Assembly (NCBI GenBank): GCA_001512665.1
Contig: LFSF01000038.1
Location: 1,859 to 65,858, forward strand
Reading direction: 5' to 3'
DNA from: Clostridiales bacterium DTU073
Lineage (GTDB): Bacteria; Bacillota; Peptococcia; DRI-13; DTU073
DNA length: 64,000 nucleotides
The notes below the pieces were generated by a model. It saw only the letters and a program-made list of their open reading frames with translations, did no database searches and had not been told where the DNA came from. Below are positions 48,032 to 56,410 of this stretch, in pieces (the first letter of the stretch is position 1; each line of letters opens with the position of its first letter). The translations under genes and the position numbers were made by a program.

Positions 48032-48893
48032 TGTTTTAAAGCCTTCTGGGATGACCTCACATGATGTTGTTTCCTTTCTACGTCGTGAATTAAAGACGAA
48101 AAAGATTGGTCATGCAGGAACTTTAGATCCTCAAGCCACTGGTGTTTTACCCCTTTGTGTGGGGCAAGCCACGCGTCTTGTTGAGTTTATAATGTATCAA
48201 GATAAAGAATATCTTTGTGAAATGACTTTGGGTATAACTACAACAACTCAAGATGCCTGGGGGGAAGTTGTGGAGATTTGTGATTTTAGTCCGCTTAGCT
48301 TGGAAGAAGTCAAGAGTATAATTCCACAACTTAGCGGTACAATTACCCAAACAATTCCGGCTTATTCTGCAGTAAAGGTAGACGGTATTCCTCTTTATAA
48401 ACGAACTCGTTTGGGTATGAAAACAAAGACTTTATCTCGTCAGATTCAAGTTTATAATATAGATATAATTAAATATGAACCACCACGGGTAACATTTGTG
48501 ATTAAATGTTCCAAAGGCACCTATGTTAGGACCATCTGTCATGATTGGGGGCAAGCTTTAGGGGTTGGAGGGCATATGTCTTTTTTGCTGAGAACAAAGG
48601 TAGGGAGTTTTACGTTGAATGAGAGTAAAACTTTAGAAGAAATAGTTGCCTTAAAGGAAAAAGCGCTTATGCCTATGGAAATCTGTGTGGAGAGTTTAGA
48701 TAAAATTATATTAACAGAAGAGGAAATAAAAAAAATAAAACATGGGCAAAAATTGGTTTTGCCAAAGGGAGCACAGTTAGATAATAAGGTTGCTGTTCAA
48801 AATAATGAGGGAAAACTACAAGCTATAGCTTCTTTAATCACTGTAGATAATAAGGTCCTTTTAAAACCAGAAAAAGTATTTAATAGGGAGTAA
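48003..48893 (+). CDS. truB: tRNA pseudouridine-55 synthase (GTG start 48003 or 48006)
   Basis: GVLNVLKPSGMTSHDVV and IGHAGTLDPQATGVL (catalytic Asp) motifs. Confidence 0.96.
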   Translation: MVISLDGVLNVLKPSGMTSHDVVSFLRRELKTKKIGHAGTLDPQATGVLPLCVGQATRLVEFIMYQDKEYLCEMTLGITTTTQDAWGEVVEICDFSPLSLEEVKSIIPQLSGTITQTIPAYSAVKVDGIPLYKRTRLGMKTKTLSRQIQVYNIDIIKYEPPRVTFVIKCSKGTYVRTICHDWGQALGVGGHMSFLLRTKVGSFTLNESKTLEEIVALKEKALMPMEICVESLDKIILTEEEIKKIKHGQKLVLPKGAQLDNKVAVQNNEGKLQAIASLITVDNKVLLKPEKVFNRE

Positions 48894-48899
48894 AAGATC

Positions 48900-49847
48900 G
48901 TGCAGATAATCAATAACATTACAGATATTAAGAAACTTAATCTTCCATTAGCGATAGCTTTAGGCAATTTTGACGGAGTACATAAAGGGCATCAGGCTCT
49001 TTTACATAATTGTATTACTGAAAGTAAACAGAAGGGATGGTATTCCGCTGTTTTATTATGGCACCCTCATCCCGCACAAGTACTGCAGAGTCCACAACAA
49101 CAAATAAAGTATTTAAATACTTTAGAGCAAAAATATGAACTAATCAAAGCAATCGGTATTCAATATCTTTTTTGTTTACCATTTTGCCGTAATATAGCGG
49201 CTCTCTCACCGCAAGAGTTTGTGCAGGAATATTTAGTTGATTTATTTAAGGTAAAAGGGGTATTTGTAGGTTTTAATTACTCTTTTGGTCATAAAGGTAG
49301 TGGTACGCCTGAATTGTTAAAAGTTTTAGGTGAACAAAAGGGCTTTATGGTATCTATTACTGAACCGGTAATCATCGATGGACAAATTGTCAGCAGTACT
49401 TTAATTCGACAAAGGTATAAAGAAGGAGATATACCCGGTGCAGCTAAGCTATTAGGCTATTATCCGGCTATTTCGGGTAAAGTTGTGCCGGGAGAACATC
49501 GTGGTCGGGAAATGGGATATCCTACAGCAAATATAGAGATTTCTTCATTACAAGCACTGCCTTCTTATGGTGTTTATGCGGCATTTGCTGAATATAAAAA
49601 CCAATTATTGCCTTCTATTGTAAACATAGGTAATAAACCTACATTCAATAGTACAAGTGTTAGCTTTGAGGTGCATCTTTTTAATTTCAAGGGCAATCTT
49701 TATCAGGAAAACCTGAAGATTTTCTTAGTAAAAAAAATTAGAGCAGAACGAAAGTTCAGGAGTAAAGAGGATTTACAAGCTCAAATCAGCTTAGATATAT
49801 CAGTGGTGCAGAAAATTTTAAAGGAGGATAATTTCAAGCCGGTCTAA
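48900..49847 (+). CDS. ribF: Bifunctional riboflavin kinase / FMN adenylyltransferase (GTG start)
   Basis: ALGNFDGVHKGHQAL, and C-terminal GEHRGREMGYPTANI and PTF...EVHLF motifs. Confidence 0.96.
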   Translation: MQIINNITDIKKLNLPLAIALGNFDGVHKGHQALLHNCITESKQKGWYSAVLLWHPHPAQVLQSPQQQIKYLNTLEQKYELIKAIGIQYLFCLPFCRNIAALSPQEFVQEYLVDLFKVKGVFVGFNYSFGHKGSGTPELLKVLGEQKGFMVSITEPVIIDGQIVSSTLIRQRYKEGDIPGAAKLLGYYPAISGKVVPGEHRGREMGYPTANIEISSLQALPSYGVYAAFAEYKNQLLPSIVNIGNKPTFNSTSVSFEVHLFNFKGNLYQENLKIFLVKKIRAERKFRSKEDLQAQISLDISVVQKILKEDNFKPV

Positions 49848-49911
49848 AGGTTATATTTCTTTTTTCCCTTAATAAAATTGTAATATCTAAGTGTTAGGGG
49901 AGGAAAGAAGT

Positions 49912-50136
49912 ATGCCTGTTATCTATAAAAACCATTATAAAAATCTGGCGATTTCTCGTCATATCAGCGAAGTTGTTTTTAATCCGCAATTTTCCCACCT
50001 TTTTGAAGAGTTACATTATATCTATAAGACTTATGATTTAGAGAAAGCCGAAAAAGAAGCCTTTCAAGATGCTTTTTATAGTTTTATTGCCCAGGAGGAA
50101 CAGCGTCGTGTTTTATTAGACAGCGCCTTGCTTTGA
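49912..50136 (+). CDS. Hypothetical small protein (74 aa from ATG 49912; track ORF from GTG 49891)
   Basis: RBS GGGGAGGAAAG 6 nt upstream of ATG 49912. Predicted mostly helical and acidic (YDLEKAEKEAFQDAFYSFIAQEEQRR). No family recognised. Confidence 0.55.
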   Translation: MPVIYKNHYKNLAISRHISEVVFNPQFSHLFEELHYIYKTYDLEKAEKEAFQDAFYSFIAQEEQRRVLLDSALL

Positions 50137-50154
50137 TAGTAGGTGGGCAAGATT

Positions 50155-50376
50155 ATGCGGATTATTATTACAAATCATGCGAAAAAAAGGCTTAAAGATT
50201 ATCGGCAAGACAAAATATATTTATCTGATATAAAAAATGCTGTACAGCAAATACCTGGACATATTCCCACGGCGACGCGCTTTCGTGGGTTTATTAGTAA
50301 ATCCGGTCGCGTTTTTGACCTTGTGGCCAAAGATATACCCAGTGGGCGTTTGGTAATTACGATTATTGGGAAATAA
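50155..50376 (+). CDS. Hypothetical small basic protein (73 aa from ATG 50155) with an HAxxRL N-terminal motif
   Basis: RBS AGGTGGG. MRIIITNHAKKRLKDYRQDKIYLSDIKNAV followed by beta-strand-like FDLVAKDIPSGRLVITIIGK. Reminiscent of DUF4258-type small domains (low confidence). Confidence 0.55.
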   Translation: MRIIITNHAKKRLKDYRQDKIYLSDIKNAVQQIPGHIPTATRFRGFISKSGRVFDLVAKDIPSGRLVITIIGK

Positions 50377-50389
50377 AAAATACCAATGT

Positions 50390-50418
50390 TTGTTAAATCG
50401 TAGTGATTCTGCTATAAT
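50390..50418 (+). promoter_or_regulatory. Strong SigA-type promoter upstream of asp23
   Basis: TTGTTA (50390-95), 17-nt spacer, TATAAT (50413-18). Confidence 0.75.
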
Positions 50419-50441
50419 ATACGATATAAAAAGAGGAGGGA

Positions 50442-50852
50442 TTGATGATGGAAAATCAAGCTTCGGAAAAGACTATTTTTACAGAGGAAGGTTCTGTAAA
50501 AATTTCAGATGAAGTTGTGGCGATTATAGCCGGTCTGGCTGCAGCAGAAGTAAAAGGCGTTGCCGGAATGAGCGGAGGTATTGTCGGGGGAATTGCGGAG
50601 TTTGTGGGCAAGAAAAGCCCTTCTAAAGGAGTAAAGGTAGAAGTTGGAGAGAAAGAAGCAGCTGTTGATGTATATGTAATCGTGGAATTTGGTGTTAGAA
50701 TACCTGAGGTTGCCCATCAGATTCAGCAAAGTATTAAAAAGGCCATTGAGAGTATGACCGGTTTATCTGTAGTAGAAGTAAATGTACATATTCAAGGTGT
50801 TTCTTTCCCGCATGAGGTAAAAGAGGCAGAGCCAAATAAATCGTCAAAATAA
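50442..50852 (+). CDS. Asp23/Gls24 family alkaline-shock protein
   Basis: ISDEVVAIIAGLAAAEVKGVAGM and VDVYVIVEFGVRIPEVAHQIQ are typical of Asp23. Confidence 0.93.
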   Translation: MMMENQASEKTIFTEEGSVKISDEVVAIIAGLAAAEVKGVAGMSGGIVGGIAEFVGKKSPSKGVKVEVGEKEAAVDVYVIVEFGVRIPEVAHQIQQSIKKAIESMTGLSVVEVNVHIQGVSFPHEVKEAEPNKSSK

Positions 50853-50889
50853 TGCTTAATTATTTTTTAGTAATTTATTGGAGGATGTA

Positions 50890-51432
50890 ATGGGTAGTTT
50901 AAAAGTAAAATTTACGGTGGGAATTCTTTCCTTAGGATATATCATTGCCTCTATTCTGTTTATTCTTATTTCCTTTGGATGGTTTGTACCTATTGAGGCC
51001 TTTAAGCAGTTTCTGATTGAGCTTAATAACAGATGGATTTTAGGTTTAACCTCTTTTTTAGTTTTGATTTTTGCTTTAAATTTATTTATCAATAGTGTCA
51101 GAGTTAAACCGGATAAGCATACATCTATCCACAAAACTGCGTTAGGTCAAATTGATTTGAGTATATCGGCACTTGAACAACTTATTTTTAAAGCTGCTAA
51201 AAAGATTTCCGGTATTCATGAAGTTCATCCGGTACTTAAGGTTGTCGATAATAAGTTAGTGGTATTATTAAAAGTACAAGTAAACCCGGATTATAATATT
51301 CCGCAAATTACAGCAGAATTACAGCATGCGATTAAAGATTATCTTTTACAAACATCAGGGACAAGCATAGAGGAAGTAAAGGTTCAGGTGACGAAAATAA
51401 ATCTGGATAATAAAAACAGCAGGGTGGAATAG
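50890..51432 (+). CDS. amaP: Alkaline-shock response membrane anchor protein AmaP-like (track ORF from TTG 50878)
   Basis: Two N-terminal TM helices then an Asp23-like soluble domain. Follows asp23, as in the staphylococcal amaP/asp23 locus. Confidence 0.75.
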   Translation: MGSLKVKFTVGILSLGYIIASILFILISFGWFVPIEAFKQFLIELNNRWILGLTSFLVLIFALNLFINSVRVKPDKHTSIHKTALGQIDLSISALEQLIFKAAKKISGIHEVHPVLKVVDNKLVVLLKVQVNPDYNIPQITAELQHAIKDYLLQTSGTSIEEVKVQVTKINLDNKNSRVE

Positions 51433-51444
51433 GAGGCAAGGACG

Positions 51445-51660
51445 ATGTGGGAAAATATTTTCTTAGAATTGCTTAGACATCGTGGTAAAATAATTGGACT
51501 TTTAATTGGCCTTCTTTTTGCTTATTTAGTAATTCGCCACGGCTTTTTAATTACTCTTTTTGTTGGTCTTTGTTTATATATCGGGTTTACTATTGGGAAA
51601 CGTTTTGATGACAATGAGAGTTTAAGAGGAGTAATAGAAAGAATCCTTAAAGATAAATAA
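51445..51660 (+). CDS. DUF2273-type small integral membrane protein
   Basis: 71 aa with two TM helices (GKIIGLLIGLLFAYLVI; LITLFVGLCLYIGFTIG). A usual partner of asp23/amaP. Confidence 0.75.
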   Translation: MWENIFLELLRHRGKIIGLLIGLLFAYLVIRHGFLITLFVGLCLYIGFTIGKRFDDNESLRGVIERILKDK

Positions 51661-51707
51661 GTAAAGAGAAAAACTGATTAAAGAGTAGTAAAAAAGGAGG
51701 CTCTTTT

Positions 51708-52139
51708 TTGACTAGACGATTAGCACGTGAATTAGCCATGAAAACATTATTTGCCCACGAATTTAGTCAAAATAATCCTGAAGAAATATTGCCTCAACTT
51801 TGTGAAGAAATGCAGGCTTCCTTTGACGCGCAAAGATTTAGCGAATCTTTAGTGCAGGGAGTTATAGCTAATCAGTCTTTTCTGGATAAGATTATCAAAA
51901 CTTATGCTGTGGAATGGGATTTGGAAAGAATAGCTTTCGTGGATAAAAATATTATGCGCATCGCTTTGTACGAAATAATTTTTTCAGAAAACACACCAGT
52001 AGCTGTTGCGATAAATGAGGCCATAGAAATTGCTAAGATTTATAGTGGGCATGAGGCACCTCGCTTTATTAACGGCATACTTGGTAAAGTGATTAACGAT
52101 TTACCTGAATTAAGAAAGCAGAGCTTAAAAGAGAATTGA
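51708..52139 (+). CDS. nusB: Transcription antitermination factor NusB (TTG start)
   Basis: RRLARELAMKTLFAHEF and INEAIEIAKIYSGHEAPRFINGILGKV motifs. Confidence 0.95.
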   Translation: MTRRLARELAMKTLFAHEFSQNNPEEILPQLCEEMQASFDAQRFSESLVQGVIANQSFLDKIIKTYAVEWDLERIAFVDKNIMRIALYEIIFSENTPVAVAINEAIEIAKIYSGHEAPRFINGILGKVINDLPELRKQSLKEN

Positions 52140-52149
52140 AGGAAAGATC

Positions 52150-53160
52150 GTGTTGCCTGTGTTTTTAGGGATTGATACTAGTTGTTATACCACATCTCTT
52201 GCTCTTGTTGATGAGCAAGGAACATTGTTAGTTGAGAAGAGAATGATTCTTCCTGTACCTCTTGGTGAGCAAGGGCTGAGGCAATCTACAGCCCTTTTTT
52301 ATCATCTTCGGAATCTTCCTATGGTCATGCAAGAGGTTTTTTCTGTGCTTAACGGTAGGGAGCTAAAGGTTATTGCGGTCAGTGCTAAACCTTTACCACA
52401 TGAAAATTCTTATTTGCCGGTTTTTACCGCCGGTCTTTCTTTAGCAGAAAGCTTATCGGCAGTCCTGGGTATTCCTTTGCTCAAAACCAGTCATCAGGAA
52501 GGTCACCTGGCTGCAGGAGTTTGGAGTTGTGCAAAACAGCCGGGAGATGAATTTTTAGGCATACATTTTTCAGGAGGAACAACGGAATTACTTTTGATAA
52601 AAGAAAAATTACAGCCGCATTTAAGCTATGAAAGTAAAGTATTAGGTAAATCTCAAGATCTACATGCCGGACAATTAGTGGATCGGGTAGGAGTAGCCTT
52701 AGGCCTTCCTTTTCCTGCAGGGCGTTATTTGGAAAAATTAGCTGCAGAAGTTGATAATAAGGATGAGTTTCATGGAGATATAAAGATACCTTCTTCTGTG
52801 CAAGGTTATAATATTAGTTTTTCCGGTGCCGAAACCCTGGCTAAAAAATATCTGCAACAAGGGGTTCCTCCCCAGGAAATAGCTAGAGCTACCGAAAATT
52901 GTCTTGCTGTGACGGTGGAAAAGGTAATCCGCAAAGCTATTGAAGACACCGGAGTGAAGAAGGTGTTATTTGTTGGAGGCGTTATGGCCAATAGTTATAT
53001 TCGGAAACGTTTATGCAAACGTTTAGAACATCCTGCTGTTGGCGCCGAATTGTATTTTCCTAAACCGGAATATAATAGTGATAATGCTGTTGGTGTTAGT
53101 TTGATTGCCAGAAGTATGTATCACAGTTTAGATAATAGAAGAAATAATAAGATTAACTAA
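52150..53160 (+). CDS. Divergent TsaD/Kae1 (ASKHA, glycoprotease M22) family paralog of unknown function (GTG start)
   Basis: GIDTSCYTTS, SHQEGHL (HxxxH), HFSGGTTELL, ISFSGAET, GGVMANSYIR and SDNAVGV parallel TsaD motifs, but the GGVVPE..SR.H segment is replaced. Confidence 0.8.
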   Translation: MLPVFLGIDTSCYTTSLALVDEQGTLLVEKRMILPVPLGEQGLRQSTALFYHLRNLPMVMQEVFSVLNGRELKVIAVSAKPLPHENSYLPVFTAGLSLAESLSAVLGIPLLKTSHQEGHLAAGVWSCAKQPGDEFLGIHFSGGTTELLLIKEKLQPHLSYESKVLGKSQDLHAGQLVDRVGVALGLPFPAGRYLEKLAAEVDNKDEFHGDIKIPSSVQGYNISFSGAETLAKKYLQQGVPPQEIARATENCLAVTVEKVIRKAIEDTGVKKVLFVGGVMANSYIRKRLCKRLEHPAVGAELYFPKPEYNSDNAVGVSLIARSMYHSLDNRRNNKIN

Positions 53161-53188
53161 AAATGAATATGGAGGTATGTCTTAAAAA

Positions 53189-54049
53189 ATGACTGCACAA
53201 ATCATTGATGGTAAGATTGTAGCGAAAACTTTGCGCGAAAAGATCAAAGAGAAAGTCAAAGCTTATCAAGAAAAAGGTATAGTACCTGGTTTAGCCGTAA
53301 TTTTAGTAGGGAAAGATCCGGCTTCTCAAATATATGTAAGAAAAAAAGCTGAAGCCTGTCAGGAGTGTGGGATCAAATCTGAGGTTTTTAACTTAGACGA
53401 GACTACAGCGGAGAAAGATGTTTTAGCATTGATTGAGAGCTTAAATCAACGTAGAGATATACATGGAATTCTCGTGCAACTTCCTTTACCGGGTCATCTT
53501 AATGCGAAGGCGGTGATTGAGGCGATCAATCCGGCTAAAGATGTTGATGGATTGCATCCTCTCAATATGGGGAAATTGCTGGCGGGAAATCCTGCCTTAA
53601 TTCCTTGTACCCCATATGGTTGTATGAAGTTAATTGAAAGCACAGCTTATGCAATCAGAGGTAAAAATGCGGTGGTGATAGGTCGCAGTGATTTAGTTGG
53701 GAAACCGATAGCTGCTCTACTTTTAAAGGAAAATGCCACGGTAACTATCTGTCATTCTCATACACAAAATTTAGCGGAAATTACCGGTAAGGCTGATATT
53801 CTAGTAGTTGCCGTTGGGAAACCGCATTTTATTACCGGAGAAATGATTAAACCGGGGGCATTAGTTTTGGATGTAGGGATAAATAGGCTTTCAACCGGGA
53901 AAATAACGGGAGATGTTGATTTTTCTGCTGCAGCCGAGATTGCCGGGTGGATCACGCCTGTTCCGGGTGGGGTAGGTCCGATGACAATCACAATGCTGCT
54001 TGAAAACACTTTGGAGGCTACTTATGAACAAGAAAATATACTCCATTAA
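53189..54049 (+). CDS. folD: Methylenetetrahydrofolate dehydrogenase/cyclohydrolase
   Basis: IIDGKIVA, GILVQLPLP, VIGRSDLVGKP and TPVPGGVGPMT motifs. Confidence 0.97.
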   Translation: MTAQIIDGKIVAKTLREKIKEKVKAYQEKGIVPGLAVILVGKDPASQIYVRKKAEACQECGIKSEVFNLDETTAEKDVLALIESLNQRRDIHGILVQLPLPGHLNAKAVIEAINPAKDVDGLHPLNMGKLLAGNPALIPCTPYGCMKLIESTAYAIRGKNAVVIGRSDLVGKPIAALLLKENATVTICHSHTQNLAEITGKADILVVAVGKPHFITGEMIKPGALVLDVGINRLSTGKITGDVDFSAAAEIAGWITPVPGGVGPMTITMLLENTLEATYEQENILH

Positions 54050-55241
54050 TGAATTAAGTTTATTGATAAAAGGGATTATGGATAATCATCCGGTGTTATC
54101 CGCATTATGGGTACGCGGTGAAATTACTAATTTTAAGCGTCATAGTTCCGGACATTTGTATTTTTCCTTAAAGGATGAACATAGTAATATTCGCGCGGTC
54201 ATGTTCAGAAGCCGGGCGATGAAATTAAAGTTCATGCCTAGAGATGGTTTAGATTGCTTAGTGCGAGGCTATATTTCTCTTTATCCTAAGGAAACTTCCC
54301 TGCAGTTTTACGCAGAGGAGATTATTCCGGCAGGAGAAGGTTTGCAAAGTATAGCCTTAGCGGAATTAAAGGAAAAACTGCAAAAGAAGGGTTATTTTTC
54401 ACCGGAAAGAAAAAAACCTCTTCCTCATTTACCCAGAGGAGTTGGCGTAGTTAGCTCTCCGGTAGGGGCAGCCATTAGGGACATCAGCAGAGTGATTAAT
54501 AGACGTTATCCCGGTATGCCAATCATCCTTTATCCAACCCTTGTTCAAGGAGAAAAAGCTGCAGAAACTGTTGCCGAAGGAATTAGAATTCTTAATGAAC
54601 GAGAAGACCTTGATGTAATTATTGTGGCCAGAGGCGGAGGTTCTACTGAAGATTTGTATGTTTTTAATTCCGAAATAGTGGCTGATGCTGTTTTTCATTC
54701 TACCAAACCGGTAGTTTCAGCGATTGGGCATGAGATTGATTTTACAGTTACGGATTTGGTGGCAGATCTAAGGGCGGCAACTCCTTCCATGGCGGGAGAA
54801 CTAGTAGTACCTGTAAAAGTTGAGCTTGAGCAAATGCTCACTAAACAGAAAGGTAGACTTTTTCATTTGCTGAAGACTCGTTTGGATAAGGAAAACATGA
54901 GATTATCCTATTTGGCTGAGATGAGTATTTTAAAGCGACCCGAGCGCTGGTTAGATAAATATCGTGATGAATTAAGTAAAACTGAAGAGCGTTTGATGCT
55001 CTGTTGTGAGAATTTACTTAATTCTAAACAACAACAGCTAGCTGTGCTTGCGGGTAAATTAAATTCACTTAGTCCTTTGGACACATTGGCCAGAGGGTAC
55101 AGTATTTGTAAAAATGCTCAAGGTGAAATTCTTACTGACGCTAAAAAGGTTGCCTTGCAAGAAAAGATTGAGATACAATTATATTCAGGATCATTAGAGT
55201 GTGAAGTAGTGGGGAAGGAGGAAACTGCTCATGAGCAATGA
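54024..55241 (+). CDS. xseA: Exodeoxyribonuclease VII large subunit (track ORF from TTG 54000; GGAGG RBS favours ATG 54024)
   Basis: YSINELSLLIKGIM...LWVRGEITNFKRHSSGHLYFSLKD OB-fold N-terminus and RGGGS motif. Confidence 0.95.
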   Translation: MNKKIYSINELSLLIKGIMDNHPVLSALWVRGEITNFKRHSSGHLYFSLKDEHSNIRAVMFRSRAMKLKFMPRDGLDCLVRGYISLYPKETSLQFYAEEIIPAGEGLQSIALAELKEKLQKKGYFSPERKKPLPHLPRGVGVVSSPVGAAIRDISRVINRRYPGMPIILYPTLVQGEKAAETVAEGIRILNEREDLDVIIVARGGGSTEDLYVFNSEIVADAVFHSTKPVVSAIGHEIDFTVTDLVADLRAATPSMAGELVVPVKVELEQMLTKQKGRLFHLLKTRLDKENMRLSYLAEMSILKRPERWLDKYRDELSKTEERLMLCCENLLNSKQQQLAVLAGKLNSLSPLDTLARGYSICKNAQGEILTDAKKVALQEKIEIQLYSGSLECEVVGKEETAHEQ

Positions 55242-55464
55242 AAATAATTACGAAGCCAATATCAAAAGGTTAGAGGAAATAATCGCTCGTTTAGAAAAAG
55301 GTGAAGTGTCCTTAGAAGAAGGATTAGCCAATTTTGAAGAAGGAATAGCTTTGGTCAAGAAATGCCAGAAAGACCTTGACCGTGCTGCACAAAAGGTACA
55401 AGTTTTACAAGAAGGTGAACTAGTAGATTTAGCTGATTTAAAAGAAGAAAATGGAGTTGATTAG
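55231..55464 (+). CDS. xseB: Exodeoxyribonuclease VII small subunit
   Basis: 77 aa with LEEIIARLEKGEVSLEE. Overlaps the xseA stop. Confidence 0.93.
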   Translation: MSNENNYEANIKRLEEIIARLEKGEVSLEEGLANFEEGIALVKKCQKDLDRAAQKVQVLQEGELVDLADLKEENGVD

Positions 55465-55466
55465 AT

Positions 55467-56357
55467 TTGGAGTTAAAAAAATATTTGCAGGAAAGAGCAG
55501 CCTTAGTAGACCAAGCACTTCTTGAAATTATGCCTTCCCAAGAGCTTTATCCTGAAAAGATCCATCAAGCGATGCATTATAGTGTTTTTGCCGGAGGGAA
55601 GAGATTAAGACCGATTCTTTGCCTTGCAGCAGCAGAAGCAGTGGGTAAGGATTTTCAACCGTTTATACCTGTAGCTTGTGCTTTAGAAATGATTCACACC
55701 TATTCTTTAATTCATGATGACTTACCGGCAATGGATAATGATGATTATCGTAGAGGAAAACTAACTAATCATAAGGTTTTTGGTGAGGGAATAGCGATAT
55801 TAGCCGGTGATGCTTTATTAACCTATGCTTTTGAAGTTTTAGCCCGTAAGGGAGAAGAAAATCCACAGAATCAGAAATATCTGCAGGTTATACGGGAAAT
55901 AGCAGCTGCAGCGGGAACATTAGGGATGATTGGCGGGCAGGTAGTAGATCTAGACTCGGAAGGTAAAAATCTTACTGATGAAAAGCTACTTGTTTATATT
56001 CATACCCATAAGACAGGAGCACTCTTCCGAGCATCTGTGCGTGCAGGGGCAATTTTAGCCGGTGCCGGTGCAGAAGAATTAAAGTGTTTAACAATTTTTG
56101 CCGAAAAGTTTGGTTTAGCTTTTCAGATTACTGATGATTTACTAGACCTTTTCGGTGAAGAAGAAAAGTTGGGAAAACCTATAGGTAGTGATGCTAAAAA
56201 TAAAAAGGTTACTTATCCTGCTTTATATGGCGTAGAAAAATCCAGGTTTTTTGTTAGAGAAGCTATTGAGGAAGCAGAGACGGCATTACAGCAACTTCCC
56301 GGTTTTACTGAACCGTTGAAACTATTACTGCATTATTTACCCGAAAGACAAGTTTAA
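55467..56357 (+). CDS. ispA: (E,E)-farnesyl diphosphate synthase / short-chain polyprenyl synthase (TTG start)
   Basis: FARM LIHDDLPAMDNDDYRRG and SARM FQITDDLLD. Confidence 0.92.
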   Translation: MELKKYLQERAALVDQALLEIMPSQELYPEKIHQAMHYSVFAGGKRLRPILCLAAAEAVGKDFQPFIPVACALEMIHTYSLIHDDLPAMDNDDYRRGKLTNHKVFGEGIAILAGDALLTYAFEVLARKGEENPQNQKYLQVIREIAAAAGTLGMIGGQVVDLDSEGKNLTDEKLLVYIHTHKTGALFRASVRAGAILAGAGAEELKCLTIFAEKFGLAFQITDDLLDLFGEEEKLGKPIGSDAKNKKVTYPALYGVEKSRFFVREAIEEAETALQQLPGFTEPLKLLLHYLPERQV

Positions 56358-56410
56358 GTGGTGGATAGAACAGAAATTTAATGTTATTTACGATATAAAG
56401 AGGTATAGAT

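Noticed and set aside
49858-49886. Possible promoter (TAATAT at 49881-86) for the small two-gene cassette
   Set aside because: The -35 region (TCTTTT) is poor and the TG is mis-spaced for an extended -10. The cassette may simply be read through from ribF.
50420-50436. Shared motif TACGATATAAA(A)AGAGG upstream of asp23 (50420-50436) and upstream of dxs (56389-56403)
   Set aside because: In both cases the motif sits between a -10-like element and the RBS, and part of it is the RBS (AGAGG). An 11-nt AT-rich match between two short spacers could be chance. With only two copies I cannot separate a regulatory site from coincidence.
51680-51712. Weak hairpin AAAGAG-N15-CTCTTT followed by a T-run just before nusB
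   Set aside because: The stem is only 6 bp and AT-rich, the loop is large, and it contains the nusB RBS (AAGGAGG). This is more simply explained as RBS context than as a terminator.
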